From contig OZ059896.1 in NCBI GenBank assembly GCA_964057225.1, forward strand, positions 12,648,001 through 12,712,000: 64,000 bases of DNA, in the 5' to 3' direction. Position numbers and translations under genes: made by a program. Shown here one piece after another: positions 13,701 through 28,242 of the stretch. The stretch is from Auanema rhodensis (taxonomy: Eukaryota > Animalia > Nematoda). The stretch's first letter is position 1, and every line of letters begins with the position of its first letter. The notes under the pieces are model-generated. The model was not told where the DNA came from. It did not search any database and saw only the letters and a program-made list of their open reading frames with translations.

Positions 13701-16700
13701 CCTTATACTAGTTCATTGTTTTTTTTTAATTTTTTTCGGTATATTTATTTTTCCACTGTCAAATCGGCAACACTAGCAAGCAGAAGAAAACCTTATACTA
13801 GTTCATTGTTTTTTTTTTAATTTTTTCGGTATATTTATTTTTTCACTGTCAAATCGACAAGCACCTGCTGCACATGTGCGAGCTATTCGAGTGACCGATG
13901 CTCAAACGAGCCACGCTTAGAAAATGAGGCTGACATAACACGTTTTTCACTCCTACCCAGATTGATTGCTTTAGAGACATTTCTGTCTTATCTCATTATA
14001 TTCTCTACTTTGACTTTGATTTTTCTAAAATTTCATTAATGTATAATTCAAAATATCATTTCTTGTGATCAGATTGTTAATCGTTATATCTGTAACCGTT
14101 TCTCTCGAAATAGCAAGTGGAGTGTTCAGTTGTACTCACTTAACAAAAAAAGTAGAAGAACATATATATTTAGAGCAAAAAAAGTGCGGGAAAGTCGTTA
14201 TCTCGTTAACATCAGTTTCACTGCCCAAAACTGTTTATTGTCATTCTACTTGCTATTTCGAGAGAAACGTTCACAGATATATATGAATATTTACTACACT
14301 AGCAAGCAGAAGAAAACCTTATACTAGTTCATTGTTTTTTTTTAATTTTTTTCGGTATATTTATTTTTTCACTGTCAAATCGGCAACACTAGCAAGCAGA
14401 AGAAAACCTTAAACTAGTTCATTGTTTTTTTTTAAATTTTTTCGGTATATTTATTTTTTCACTGTCAAATCGACAAGCACCTGCTGCACATGTGCGAGCT
14501 ATTCGAGTGACCGATGCCCGAACGAGCCACGCTTAGAAAATGAGGCTGACATAACACGTTTTTCACTCCTACCCAGGTTGATTGCTTTAGAGACATTTCT
14601 GTCTTATCTCATTATATTCCCTACTTTGACTTTGATTTTTTTTAAATTTCATTAATGTATATTTCAAAATATCATTTCTTGTGATCAGCTTGTTAATCGT
14701 TATATCTGTAAACGTTTCTCTCGAAATAGCAAGTGGAGTGTTCAGTTGTACCCACTTAACAAAGAAAGTAGAAGAACATATATATTTAGAGCAAAAAAAG
14801 TGCGGAAAAGTCGTTATCTCGTTAACATTAGTTTCACTGCCCAAAACTGATTATTGTCATTCTACTTGCTATTTCGAGAGAAACGTTCACAGATATATAT
14901 GAATATTTACTACACTAGCAAGCAGAAGAAAACCTTATACTAGTTCATTGTTTTTTTTTAATTTTTTTCGGTATATTTATTTTTTCACTGTCAAATCGGC
15001 AACACTAGCAAGCAGAAGAAAACCTTAAACTAGTTCATTGTTTTTTTTTAAATTTTTTCGGTATATTTATTTTTTCACTGTCAAATCGACAAGCACCTGC
15101 TGCACATGTGCGAGCTATTCGAGTGACCGATGCCCGAACGAGCCACGCTTAGAAAATGAGGCTGACATAACACGTTTTTCACTCCTACCCAGATTGATTG
15201 CTTTAGAGACATTTCTGTCTTATCTCATTATATTCCCTACTTTGACTTTGATTTTTTTAAAATTTCATTAATGTATATTTCAAAATATCATTTCTTGTGA
15301 TCAGCTTGTTAATCGTTATATCTGTAAACGTTTCTCTCGAAATAGCAAGTAGAGTGTAAAGTTGTACCCACTTAACAAAGAAAGTAGAAGAACATATATA
15401 TTTAGAGCAAAAAAAGTGCGGAAAAGTCGTTATCTCGTTAACATCAGTTTCACTGCCCAAAACTCTGTTTATTGTCATTCTACTTGCTATTTCGAGAGAA
15501 ACGTTTACAGATATATATGAATATTTACTACACTAGCAAGCAGAAGAAAACCTTATACTAGTTCATTGTTTTTTTTTTAATTTTTTTCGGTATATTTATT
15601 TTTTCACTGTCAAATCGGCAAGCACCTGTTGCACATGTGCGAGCTATTCGAGTGACCAATGTCCAAACGAGCCACGCTTAGAAAATGAGGCTGACATAAC
15701 ACGTTTTTCACTCCTACCCAGATTGATTGCTTTAGAGACATTTATGTCTTATCTCATTATATTCTCTACTTTGACTTTGATTTTTCTAAAATTTCATTAA
15801 TGTATAATTCAAAATATCATTTCTTGTGATCAGATTGTTAATCGTTATATCTGTGAACGTTTCTCTCGAAATAGCAAGTGGAGTGTTCAGTTGTACTCAC
15901 TTAACAAAAAAAGTAGAAGAACATATATATTTAGAGCAAAAAAAGTGCGGAAAAGTCGTTATCTCGTTAACATCAGTTTCACTGCCCAAAACTGTTTATT
16001 GTCATTCTACTTGCTATTTCGAGAGAAACGTTCACAGATATATATGAATATTTACTACACTAGCAAGCAGAAGAAAACCTTATACTAGTTCATTGTTTTT
16101 TTTTAATTTTTTTCTGTATATTTATTTTTTCACTGTCAAATCGGCAACACTAGCAAGCAGAAGAAAACCTTATACTAGTTCATTGTTTTTTTTTAAATTT
16201 TTTTCGGTATATTTATTTTTTCACTGTCAAATCGGCAACACTAGCCAGCAGAAGAAAACCTTATACTAGTTCATTGTTTTTTTTTTATTTTTTTCGGTAT
16301 ATTTATTTTTTCACTGTCAAATCGACAAGCACCTGCTGCACATGTGCGAGCTATTCGAGTGACCGATGCTCAAACGAGCCACGCTTAGAAAATGAGGCTG
16401 ACATAACACGTTTTTCACTCCTACCCAGAGTTATTGCTTTAGAGACATTTTTGTCTTATCTCATTATATTCTCTACTTTGACTTTGATTTTTCTAAAATT
16501 TCATTAATGTATAATTCAAAATATCATTTCTTGTGATCAGCTTGTTAATCGTTATATCTGTAAACGTTTCTCTCGAAATAGCAAGTAGAGTGTAAAGTTG
16601 TACCCACTTAACAAAGAAAGTAGAAGAACATATATATTTAGAGCAAAAAAAGTGCGGAAAAGTCGTTATCTCGTTAACATCAGTTTCACTGTTCAAAACT

Positions 16701-19269
16701 CTGTTTATTGTCACTCTACTTGCTTTTTCGAGTGAAACGTTTACAGATATATATGAACATTTACTACACTAGCAAGCAGAAAAATACCTTATACTAGTTC
16801 ATTGTTTTTTTTTTAATTTTTTTCGGTATATTTATTTTTTCACTGTCAAATCGGCAACACTAGCAAGCAGAAGAAAACCTTATACTAGTTCATTGTTTTT
16901 TTTGAAATTTTTTTGGTATATTTATTTTTTCACTGTCAAATCGGCAAGCACCTGCTGCACATGTGCGAGCTATTCGAGTGACCGATGCTCAAACGAGCCA
17001 CGCTTAGAAAATGAGGCTGACATAACACGTTTTTCACTCCTATCCAGATTGATTGCTTTAGAGACATTTCTGTCTTATCTCATTATATTCTCTACTTTGA
17101 CTTTGATTTTTCTAAAATTTCTTCAAGGTATAATTCAAAATATCATTTCTTGTGATCAGCTTGTTAATCGTTATATCTGTAAACGTTTCTCTCGAAATAG
17201 CAAGTAGAGTGTTCAGTTGTACTCACTTAACAAAAAAAGTAGAAGAACATATATATTTAGAGCAAAAAAAGTGCGGAAAAGTCGTTATCTCGTTAACATC
17301 AGTTTCACTGTTCAAAACTCTGTTTATTGTCACTCTACTTGCTATTTCGACTGACACGTTTACAGATATATATTTATATTTACTACACTAGCAAGCAGAA
17401 GAAAACCTTATACTAGTTCATTGTTTTTTTTTGAAATTTTTTTCGGTATATTTATTTTTTCACTGTCAAATCGGCAAGCACCTGCTGCACATGTGCGAGC
17501 TATTCAAGTGACCGATGCCCAAACAAGCCACGCTTAGAAAATGAGGCTGACATAACACGTTTTTCACTCCTACCCAGATTGATTGCTTTAGAGACATTTC
17601 TGTCTTATCTCATTATATTCTCTACTTTGACTTTGACTTTTCTGAAATTTCATTAATGTATAATTCAAAATAACATTTCTTGTGATCAGATTGTTAATCT
17701 TTATATCTGTAAACGTTTCTCTCGAAATAGCAAGTAGAGTGTTCAGTTGTACCCACTTAACAAAGAAAGTAGAAGAACATATATATTTAGAGCCAAAAAA
17801 GTGCGGAAAAGTCGTTATCTCGTTAACATCAGTTTCACTGCCCAAAACTCTGTTTATTGTCATTCTACTTGCTATTTCGAGAGAAACGTTTACAGTTATA
17901 TATGAATATTTACTACACTAGCAAGCAGAAGAAAACCTTATACTAGTTCATTGTTTTTTTTGAAATTTTTTTCGGTATATTTATTTTTTCACTGTCAAAT
18001 CGGCAAGCATCTGCTGCACATGTGCGAGCTATTCAAGTGACCGATGCTCAAACGAGCCACGCTTAGAAAATGAGGCTGACATAACACGTTTTTCACTCCT
18101 ACCCAGAGTGATTGCTTTAGAGACATTTCTGTCTTATCTCATTATATTCTCTACTTTGACTTTGATTTTTCTAAAATTTCATTAATGTATAATTCAAAAT
18201 ATCATTTCTTGTGATCAGACTGTTAATTGTTATATCTGTAAACGTTTCTCTCGAAATAGCAAGTGGAGTGTTCAGTTGTACCCACTTAACAAAGAAAGTA
18301 GAAGAACATATATATTTAGAGCAAAAAAAGTGCGGAAAAGTCGTTATCTCGTTAACATCAGTTTCACTGCCCAAAACTCTGTTTATTGTCATTCTACTTG
18401 CTATTTCGAGAGAAACGTTCACAGATATATATGAATATTTACTACACTAGCAAGCAGAAGAAAACCTTATACTAGTTCATTGTTTTTTTTTAGTTTTTTT
18501 CGGTATATTTATTTTTTCACACTCAAATCGGCAACACTAGCAAGCAGAAGAAAACCTTATACTAGTTCATTGTTTTTTTTTTAATTTTTTCGGTATATTT
18601 ATTTTTTCACTGTCAAATCGACAAGCACCTGCTGCACATGTGCGAGCTATTCGAGTGACCGATGCCCGAACGAGCCACGCTTAGAAAATGAGGCTGACAT
18701 AACACGTTTTTCACTCCTACCCAGATTGATTGCTTTAGAGACATTTCTGTCTTATCTCATTATATTCTCTACTTTGACTTTGATTTTTCTAAAATTTCAT
18801 TAATGTATAATTCAAAATATCATTTCTTGTGATCAGCTTGTTAATCGTTATATCTGTAAACGTTTCTCTCGAAATAGCAAGTAGAGTGTAAAGTTGTACC
18901 CACTTAACAAAGAAAGTAGAAGAACATATATATTTAGAGCAAAAAAAGTGCGGAAAAGTCGTTATCTCGTTAACATTAGTTTCACTGCCCAAAACTCTGT
19001 TTATTGTCATTCTACTTGCTATTTCGAGAAAAACGTTCACAGATATATATGAATATTTACTACACTAGCAAGCAGAAGAAAACCTTATACTAGTTCATTG
19101 CTTTTTTTTAATTTTTTTCGGTATATTTATTTTTTCACTGTCAAATCGGCAACACTAGCAAGCAGAAGAAAACCTTAAACTAGTTCATTGTTTTTTTTTA
19201 AATTTTTTCGGTATATTTATTTTTTCACTGTCAAATCGACAAGCACCTGCTGCACATGTGCGAGCTATT

Positions 19270-22200
19270 CGAGTGACCGATGCCCGAACGAGCCACGCTT
19301 AGAAAATGAGGCTGACATAACACGTTTTTCACTCCTACCCAGATTGATTGCTTCAGAGACATTTCTGTCTTATCTCATTATATTCTCTACTTTGACTTTG
19401 ATTTTTCTAAAATTTCATTAATATATAATTCAAAATATCATTTCTTGTGATCAGATTGTTAATCGTTATATCTGTAAACGTTTCTCTCGAAATAGCAAGT
19501 GGAGTGTTCAGTTGTACCCACTTAACAAAGAAAGTAGAAGAACATATATATTTAGAGCAAAAAAAGTGCGGAAAAGTCGTTATCTCGTTAACATTAGTTT
19601 CACTGCCCAAAACTCTGTTCATTGTCACTCTACTTGCTATTTCGAGAGAAACGTTTACAGATGTATATAAATATTTACTACACTAGCAAGCAGAAGAAAA
19701 CCTTATACTAGTTCATTGTTTTTTTTTAGTTTTTTTCGGTATATTTATTTTTTCACTGTCAAATCGGCAAGCACCTGCTGCACATGTGCGAGCTATTCAA
19801 GTGACCGATGCCCAAACGAGCCACGCTCAGAAAATGAGGCTGACATAACACGTTTTTCACTCCTACCCAGATTGATTGCTTCAGAGACATTTCTGTCTTA
19901 TCTCATTATATTCTCTACTTTGACTTTGATTTTTCTAAAATTTCATTAATATATAATTCAAAATATCATTTCTTGTGATCAGATTGTTAATCGTTATATC
20001 TGTAAACGTTTCTCTCGAAATAGCAAGTGGAGTGTTCAGTTGTACCCACTTAACAAAGAAAGTAGAAGAACATATATATTTAGAGCAAAAAAAGTGCGGA
20101 AAAGTCGTTATCTCGTTAACATTAGTTTCACTGCCCAAAACTCTGTTCATTGTCACTCTACTTGCTATTTCGAGAGAAACGTTTACAGATGTATATAAAT
20201 ATTTACTACACTAGCAAGCAGAAGAAAACCTTATACTAGTTCATTGTTTCTTTTTTAATTTTTTCCGGTATATTTATTTTTTCACTGTCAAATCAGCAAC
20301 ACTAGCAAGCAGAAGAAAACCTTATACTAGTTCATTGTTTTTTTTTAAATTTTTTCGGTATATTTATTTTTTCACTGTCAAATCGGCAACACTAGCAAGC
20401 AGAAGAAAACCTTATACTAGTTCATTGTTTTTTTTTAATTTTTTTCGGTATATTTATTTTTTCACTGTCAAATCGGCAACACTAGCAAGCAGAAGAAAAC
20501 CTTATACTAGTTCATTGTTTTTTGTTAAATTTTTTCGGTATATTTATTTTTTCACTGTCAAATCGACAAGCACCTGCTGCACATGTGCGAGCTATTCGAG
20601 TGACCGATGCCCGAACGAGCCACGCTTAGAAAATGAGGCTGACATAACACGTTTTTCACTCCTACCCAGGTTGATTGCGTTAGAGACATTTCTGTCTTAT
20701 CTCATTATATTCCCTACTTTGACTTTGATTTTTTTAAAATTTCATTAATGTATATTTCAAAATATCATTTCTTGTGATCAGCTTGTTAATCGTTATATCT
20801 GTAAACGTTTCTCTCGAAATAGCAAGTAGAGTGTAAAGTTGTACCCAGTTAACAAAGAAAGTAGAAGAACATATATATTTAGAGCAAAAAAAGTGCGGAA
20901 AAGTCGTTATCTCGTTAACATCAGTTTCACTGCCCAAAACTCTGTTTATTGTCATTCTACTTTCTATTTTGAGAGAAACGTTCACAGATATATATGAATA
21001 TTTACTACACTAGCAAGCAGAAGAAAACCTTATACTAGTTCATTGTTTTTTTTTTAATTTTTTCGGTATATTTATTTTTTCACTGTCAAATCGACAAGCA
21101 CCTGCTGCACATGTGCGAGCTATTCGAGTGACCGATGCCCGAACGAGCCACGCTTAGAAAATGAGGCTGACATAACACGTTTTTCACTCCTACCCAGATT
21201 GATTGCTTTAGAGACATTTCTGTCTTATCTCATTATATTCTCTACTTTGACTTTGATTTTTCTAAAATTTCATTAATGTATAATTCAAAATATCATTTCT
21301 TGTGATCAGCTTGTTAATCGTTATATCTGTAAACGTTTCTCTCGAAATAGCAAGTAGAGTGTAAAGTTGTACCCACTTAACAAAGAAAGTAGAAGAACAT
21401 ATATATTTAGAGCAAAAAAAGTGCGGAAAAGTCGTTATCTCGTTAACATTAGTTTCACTGCCCAAAACTCTGTTTATTGTCATTCTACTTGCTATTTCGA
21501 GAGAAACGTTTACAGATATATATGAATATTTACTACACTAGCAAGCAGAAGAAAACCTTATACTAGTTCATTGTTTTTTTTTAATTTTTTTCGGTATATT
21601 TATTTTTTCACTGTCAAATCGGCAAGCACCTGCTGCACATGTGCGAGCTATTCGAGTGACCGATGCCCGAACGAGCCACGCTTAGAAAATGAGGCTGACA
21701 TAACACGTTTTTCACTCCTACCCAGATTGATTGCTTCAGAGACATTTCTGTCTTATCTCATTATATTCTCTACTTTGACTTTGATTTTTCTAAAATTTCA
21801 TTAATATATAATTCAAAATATCATTTCTTGTGATCAGATTGTTAATCGTTATATCTGTAAACGTTTCTCTCGAAATAGCAAGTGGAGTGTTCAGTTGTAC
21901 CCACTTAACAAAGAAAGTAGAAGAACATATATATTTAGAGCAAAAAAAGTGCGGAAAAGTCGTTATCTCGTTAACATTAGTTTCACTGCCCAAAACTCTG
22001 TTCATTGTCACTCTACTTGCTATTTCGAGAGAAACGTTTACAGATGTATATAAATATTTACTACACTAGCAAGCAGAAGAAAACCTTATACTAGTTCATT
22101 GTTTTTTTTTAGTTTTTTTCGGTATATTTATTTTTTCACTGTCAAATCGGCAAGCACCTGCTGCACATGTGCGAGCTATTCAAGTGACCGATGCCCAAAC

Positions 22201-23410
22201 GAGCCACGCTCAGAAAATGAGGCTGACATAACACGTTTTTCACTCCTACCCAGATTGATTGCTTCAGAGACATTTCTGTCTTATCTCATTATATTCTCTA
22301 CTTTGACTTTGATTTTTCTAAAATTTCATTAATATATAATTCAAAATATCATTTCTTGTGATCAGATTGTTAATCGTTATATCTGTAAACGTTTCTCTCG
22401 AAATAGCAAGTGGAGTGTTCAGTTGTACCCACTTAACAAAGAAAGTAGAAGAACATATATATTTAGAGCAAAAAAAGTGCGGAAAAGTCGTTATCTCGTT
22501 AACATTAGTTTCACTGCCCAAAACTCTGTTCATTGTCACTCTACTTGCTATTTCGAGAGAAACGTTTACAGATGTATATAAATATTTACTACACTAGCAA
22601 GCAGAAGAAAACCTTATACTAGTTCATTGTTTCTTTTTTAATTTTTTCCGGTATATTTATTTTTTCACTGTCAAATCAGCAACACTAGCAAGCAGAAGAA
22701 AACCTTATACTAGTTCATTGTTTTTTTTTAAATTTTTTCGGTATATTTATTTTTTCACTGTCAAATCGGCAACACTAGCAAGCAGAAGAAAACCTTATAC
22801 TAGTTCATTGTTTTTTTTTAATTTTTTTCGGTATATTTATTTTTTCACTGTCAAATCGGCAACACTAGCAAGCAGAAGAAAACCTTATACTAGTTCATTG
22901 TTTTTTGTTAAATTTTTTCGGTATATTTATTTTTTCACTGTCAAATCGACAAGCACCTGCTGCACATGTGCGAGCTATTCGAGTGACCGATGCCCGAACG
23001 AGCCACGCTTAGAAAATGAGGCTGACATAACACGTTTTTCACTCCTACCCAGGTTGATTGCGTTAGAGACATTTCTGTCTTATCTCATTATATTCCCTAC
23101 TTTGACTTTGATTTTTTTAAAATTTCATTAATGTATATTTCAAAATATCATTTCTTGTGATCAGCTTGTTAATCGTTATATCTGTAAACGTTTCTCTCGA
23201 AATAGCAAGTAGAGTGTAAAGTTGTACCCAGTTAACAAAGAAAGTAGAAGAACATATATATTTAGAGCAAAAAAAGTGCGGAAAAGTCGTTATCTCGTTA
23301 ACATCAGTTTCACTGCCCAAAACTCTGTTTATTGTCATTCTACTTTCTATTTTGAGAGAAACGTTCACAGATATATATGAATATTTACTACACTAGCAAG
23401 CAGAAGAAAA
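19270..23410 (+). repeat. Higher-order duplication, period 2,383 bp (4 monomers); boundaries approximate
   Basis: 19447->21830, 19716->22099, 20335->22718, 20734->23117; shared SNPs GCTCAGAAAA, ATTGCGTTAG, ACCCAGTTAA. Confidence 0.9.
20208..20568 (+). repeat. Four tandem copies of the ~90-bp internal module (1-4 copies per monomer across the array)
   Basis: ACACTAGCAAGCAGAAGAAAACCTTATACTAGTTCATTG-polyT-CGGTATATTTATTTTTTCACTGTCAAATCGGCA repeated four times with minor variants; same at ~22591-22951. Confidence 0.95.
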
Positions 23411-26369
23411 CCTTATACTACTTCATTGTTTTTTTTAAAATTTTTTTTGGTATATTTATTTTTTCACTGTCAAATCGGCAAGCACCTGCTGCACATGTGC
23501 GAGCTATTCGGGTGACCGATGCTCAAACGAGCCACGCTTAGAAAATGAGGCTGACATAACACGTTTTTCACTCCTACCCAGATTGATTGCTTCAGAGTCA
23601 TTTCTGTCTTATCTCATTATATTCTCTACTTTGACTTTGATTTTCCTAAAATTGCATTAATGTATAATTCAAAATATAATTTCTTGTGATCAGATTGTTA
23701 ATCGTTATATCTGTAAACGTTTCTCTCGAAATAGCAAGTAGAGTGTTCAGTTGTACTCACTTAACAAAGAAAGTAGAAGAACATATATATTTAGAGCAAA
23801 AAAAGTGCGGAAAAGTCGTTATCTCGTTAACATCAGTTTCACTGTTCAAAACTCTGTTTATTGTCACTCTACTTGCTATTTCGAGAGAAACGTTTACAGA
23901 TATATATGAATATTTACTACACTAGCAAGCAGAAGAAAACCTTATACTAGTTCATTGTTTTTTTTAATTTTTTTCGGTCTATTTATTTTTTCACTGTCAA
24001 ATCGGCAACACTTGCAAGCAGAAGAAAACCTTATACTAGTTCATTGTTTTTTTTTAATTTTTTCGGTATATTTATTTTTTCACTGTCAAATCGACAAGCA
24101 CCTGCTGCACATGTGCGAGCTATTCGAGTGACCGATGCCCGAACGAGCCACGCTTAGAAAATGAGGCTGACATAACACGTTTTTCACTCCTACCCAGATT
24201 GATTGCTTTAGAGACATTTCTGTCTTATCTCATTATATTCTCTACTTTGACTTTGATTTTTCTAAAATTTCATTAATGTATAATTCAAAATATCATTTCT
24301 TGTGATCAGCTTGTTAATCGTTATATCTGTAAACGTTTCTCTCGAAATAGCAAGTAGAGTGTAAAGTTGTACCCACTTAACAAAGAAAGTAGAAGAACAT
24401 ATATATTTAGAGCAAAAAAAGTGCGGAAAAGTCGTTATCTCGTTAACATTAGTTTCACTGCCCAAAACTCTGTTTATTGTCATTCTACTTGCTATTTCGA
24501 GAGAAACGTTTACAGATATATATGAATATTTACTACACTAGCAAGCAGAAGAAAACCTTATACTAGTTCATTGTTTTTTTTTAATTTTTTTCGGTATATT
24601 TATTTTTTCACTGTCAAATCGGCAAGCACCTGCTGCACATGTGCGAGCTATTCGAGTGACCGATGCCCGAACGAGCCACGCTTAGAAAATGAGGCTGACA
24701 TAACACGTTTTTCACTCCTACCCAGATTGATTGCTTCAGAGACATTTCTGTCTTATCTCATTATATTCTCTACTTTGACTTTGATTTTTCTAAAATTTCA
24801 TTAATATATAATTCAAAATATCATTTCTTGTGATCAGATTGTTAATCGTTATATCTGTAAACGTTTCTCTCGAAATAGCAAGTGGAGTGTTCAGTTGTAC
24901 CCACTTAACAAAGAAAGTAGAAGAACATATATATTTAGAGCAAAAAAAGTGCGGAAAAGTCGTTATCTCGTTAACATTAGTTTCACTGCCCAAAACTCTG
25001 TTCATTGTCACTCTACTTGCTATTTCGAGAGAAACGTTTACAGATGTATATAAATATTTACTACACTAGCAAGCAGAAGAAAACCTTATACTAGTTCATT
25101 GTTTTTTTTTAAATTTTTTCGGTATATTTATTTTTTCACTGTCAAATCGACAAGCACCTGCTGCACATGTGCGAGCTATTCGAGTGACCGATGCCCGAAC
25201 GAGCCACGCTTAGAAAATGAGGCTGACATAACACGTTTTTCACTCCTACCCAGGTTGATTGCGTTAGAGACATTTCTGTCTTATCTCATTATATTCCCTA
25301 CTTTGACTTTGATTTTTTTTAAATTTCATTAATGTATATTTCAAAATATCATTTCTTGTGATCAGCTTGTTAATCGTTATATCTGTAAACGTTTCTCTCG
25401 AAATAGCAAGTGGAGTGTTCAGTTGTACCCACTTAACAAAGAAAGTAGAAGAACATATATATTTAGAGCAAAAAAAGTGCGGAAAAGTCGTTATCTCGTT
25501 AACATCAGTTTCACTGCCCAAAACTCTGTTTATTGTCATTCTACTTTCTATTTTGAGAGAAACGTTCACAGATATATATGAATATTTACTACACTAGCAA
25601 GCAGAAGAAAACCTTATACTAGTTCATTGTTTTTTTTAATTTTTTTCGGTCTATTTATTTTTTCACTGTCAAATCGGCAAGCACCTGCTGCACATGTGCG
25701 AGCTATTCGGGTGACCGATGCTCAAACGAGCCACGCTTAGAAAATGAGGCTGACATAACACGTTTTTCACTCCTACCCAGATTGATTGCTTCAGAGTCAT
25801 TTCTGTCTTATCTCATTATATTCTCTACTTTGACTTTGATTTTCCTAAAATTGCATTAATGTATAATTCAAAATATAATTTCTTGTGATCAGATTGTTAA
25901 TCGTTATATCTGTAAACGTTTCTCTCGAAATAGCAAGTAGAGTGTTCAGTTGTACTCACTTAACAAAGAAAGTAGAAGAACATATATATTTAGAGCAAAA
26001 AAAGTGCGGAAAAGTCGTTATCTCGTTAACATCAGTTTCACTGTTCAAAACTCTGTTTATTGTCACTCTACTTGCTATTTCGAGAGAAACGTTTACAGAT
26101 ATATATGAATATTTACTACACTAGCAAGCAGAAGAAAACCTTATACTAGTTCATTGTTTTTTTTAATTTTTTTCGGTCTATTTATTTTTTCACTGTCAAA
26201 TCGGCAACACTAGCAAGACATAACACGTTTTTCACTCCTACCCAGATTGATTGCTTCAGAGTCATTTCTGTCTTATCTCATTATATTCTCTACTTTGACT
26301 TTGATTTTCCTAAAATTGCATTAATGTATAATTCAAAATATAATTTCTTGTGATCAGATTGTTAATCGT

Positions 26370-26568
26370 TATATCTGTAAACGTTTCTCTCGAAATAGCA
26401 AGTAGAGTGTTCAGTTGTACTCACTTAACAAAGAAAGTAGAAGAACATATATATTTAGAGCAAAAAAAGTGCGGAAAAGTCGTTATCTCGTTAACATCAG
26501 TTTCACTGTTCAAAACTCTGTTTATTGTCACTCTACTTGCTATTTCGAGAGAAACGTTTACAGATATA
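26370..26568. repeat. Representative 40-bp inverted repeat cassette (199 bp) found in essentially every monomer
   Basis: Arm 26370-26409 TATATCTGTAAACGTTTCTCTCGAAATAGCAAGTAGAGTG is the exact reverse complement of 26529-26568; 119-bp spacer. Confidence 0.95.
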
Positions 26569-28215
26569 TATGAATATTTACTACACTAGCAAGCAGAAGA
26601 AAACCTTATACTAGTTCATTGTTTTTTTTAATTTTTTTCGGTCTATTTATTTTTTCACTGTCAAATCGGCAACACTTGCAAGCAGAAGAAAACCTTATAC
26701 TAGTTCATTGTTTTTTTTTAATTTTTTTTGGTATATTTATTTTTTCACTGTCAAATCGGCAAGCACCTGCTGCACATGTGCGAGCTATTCGAGTGACCGA
26801 TGCCCAAACGAGCCACGCTTAGAAAATGAGTCTGACATAACACGTTTTTCACTCCTACCCAGAGTAATTGCTTTAGAGACATTTCTGTCTTATCTCATTA
26901 TATTCTCTACTTTGACTTTGATTTTTCTAAAATTTCATTAATGTATAATTCAAAATATCATTTCTCGTGATCAGCTTGTTAATCGTTATATCTGTAAACG
27001 TTTCTCTCGAAATAGCAAGTAGAGTGTAAAGTTGTACCCACTTAACAAAGAAAGTAGAAGAACATATATATTTAGAGCAAAAAAAGTGCGGAAAAGTCGT
27101 TATCTCGTTAACATCAGTTTCACTGTTCAAAACTCTGTTTATTGTCACTCTACTTGCTGTTTCGAGTGAAACGTTTACAGATATATATGAATATTTACTA
27201 CACTAGCAAGCAGAAAAATACCTTATACTAGTTCATTGTTTTTTTTTAAATTTTTTTCGGTATATTTATTTTTTCACTGTCAAATCGGCAACACTAGCAA
27301 GCAGAAGAAAACCTTATACTAGTTCATTGTTTTTTTTTAATTTTTTTTGGTATATTTATTTTTTCACTGTCAAATCGGCAAGCACCTGCTGCACATGTGC
27401 GAGCTATTCGAGTGACCGATGCCCAAACGAGCCACGCTTAGAAAATGAGGCTGACATAACACATTTTTCACTCCCACCCAGATTGATTGCTTTAGAGACA
27501 TTTCTGTCTTATCTCATTATACTCTCTACTTTGACTTTGATTTTTCTAAAATTTCATTAATGTATAATTCAAAATATCATTTCTCGTGATCAGCTTGTTA
27601 ATCGTTATATCTGTAAACGTTTCTCTCGAAATAGCAAGTAGAGTGTAAAGTTGTACCCACTTAACAAAGAAAGTAGAAGAACATATATATTTAGAGCAAA
27701 AAAAGTGCGGAAAAGTCGTTATCTCGTTAACATCAGTTTCACTGTTCAAAACTCTGTTTATTGTCACTCTACTTGCTATTTCGAGAGAAACGTTCACAGA
27801 TATATATGAATATTTACTACACTAGCAAGCAGAAGAAAACCTTATACTACTTCATTGTTTTTTTTTAATTTTTTTCGGTATATTTGTTTTTTCACTGTCA
27901 AATCGGCAAACACCTGCTGCACATGTGCGAGCTATTCGGGTGACCGATGCTCAAACGAGCCACGCTTAGAAAATGAGGCTGACATAACACGTTTTTCACT
28001 CCTACCCAGATTGATTGCTTTAGAGACATTTCTGTCTTATCTCATTATATTCTCTACTTTGACTTTGATTTTTCTAAAATTTCATTAATGTATAATTCAA
28101 AATATCATTTCTTGTGATCAGATTGTTAATCGTTATACCTGTAAACGTTTCTCTCGAAATAGCAAGTGGAGTGTTCAGTTGAACCCACTTAACAAAGAAA
28201 GTAGAAGAACATATA

Positions 28216-28242
28216 CAGTCATGTGTAAAAGAAAAAGGGCAA
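28216..28242 (+). repeat. Left TIR of Tc1 copy 1 (27 bp)
   Basis: Exact reverse complement of 29573-29599; begins CAGT as in Tc1-family ends. Confidence 0.97.

Noticed and set aside
28221-28231. Similarity of Tc1 TIR (ATGTGTAAAAG) to satellite arm (ATCTGTAAACG)
   Set aside because: 9/11 match in AT-rich DNA with different termini; insufficient to call this Tc1 the autonomous partner of the cassette.
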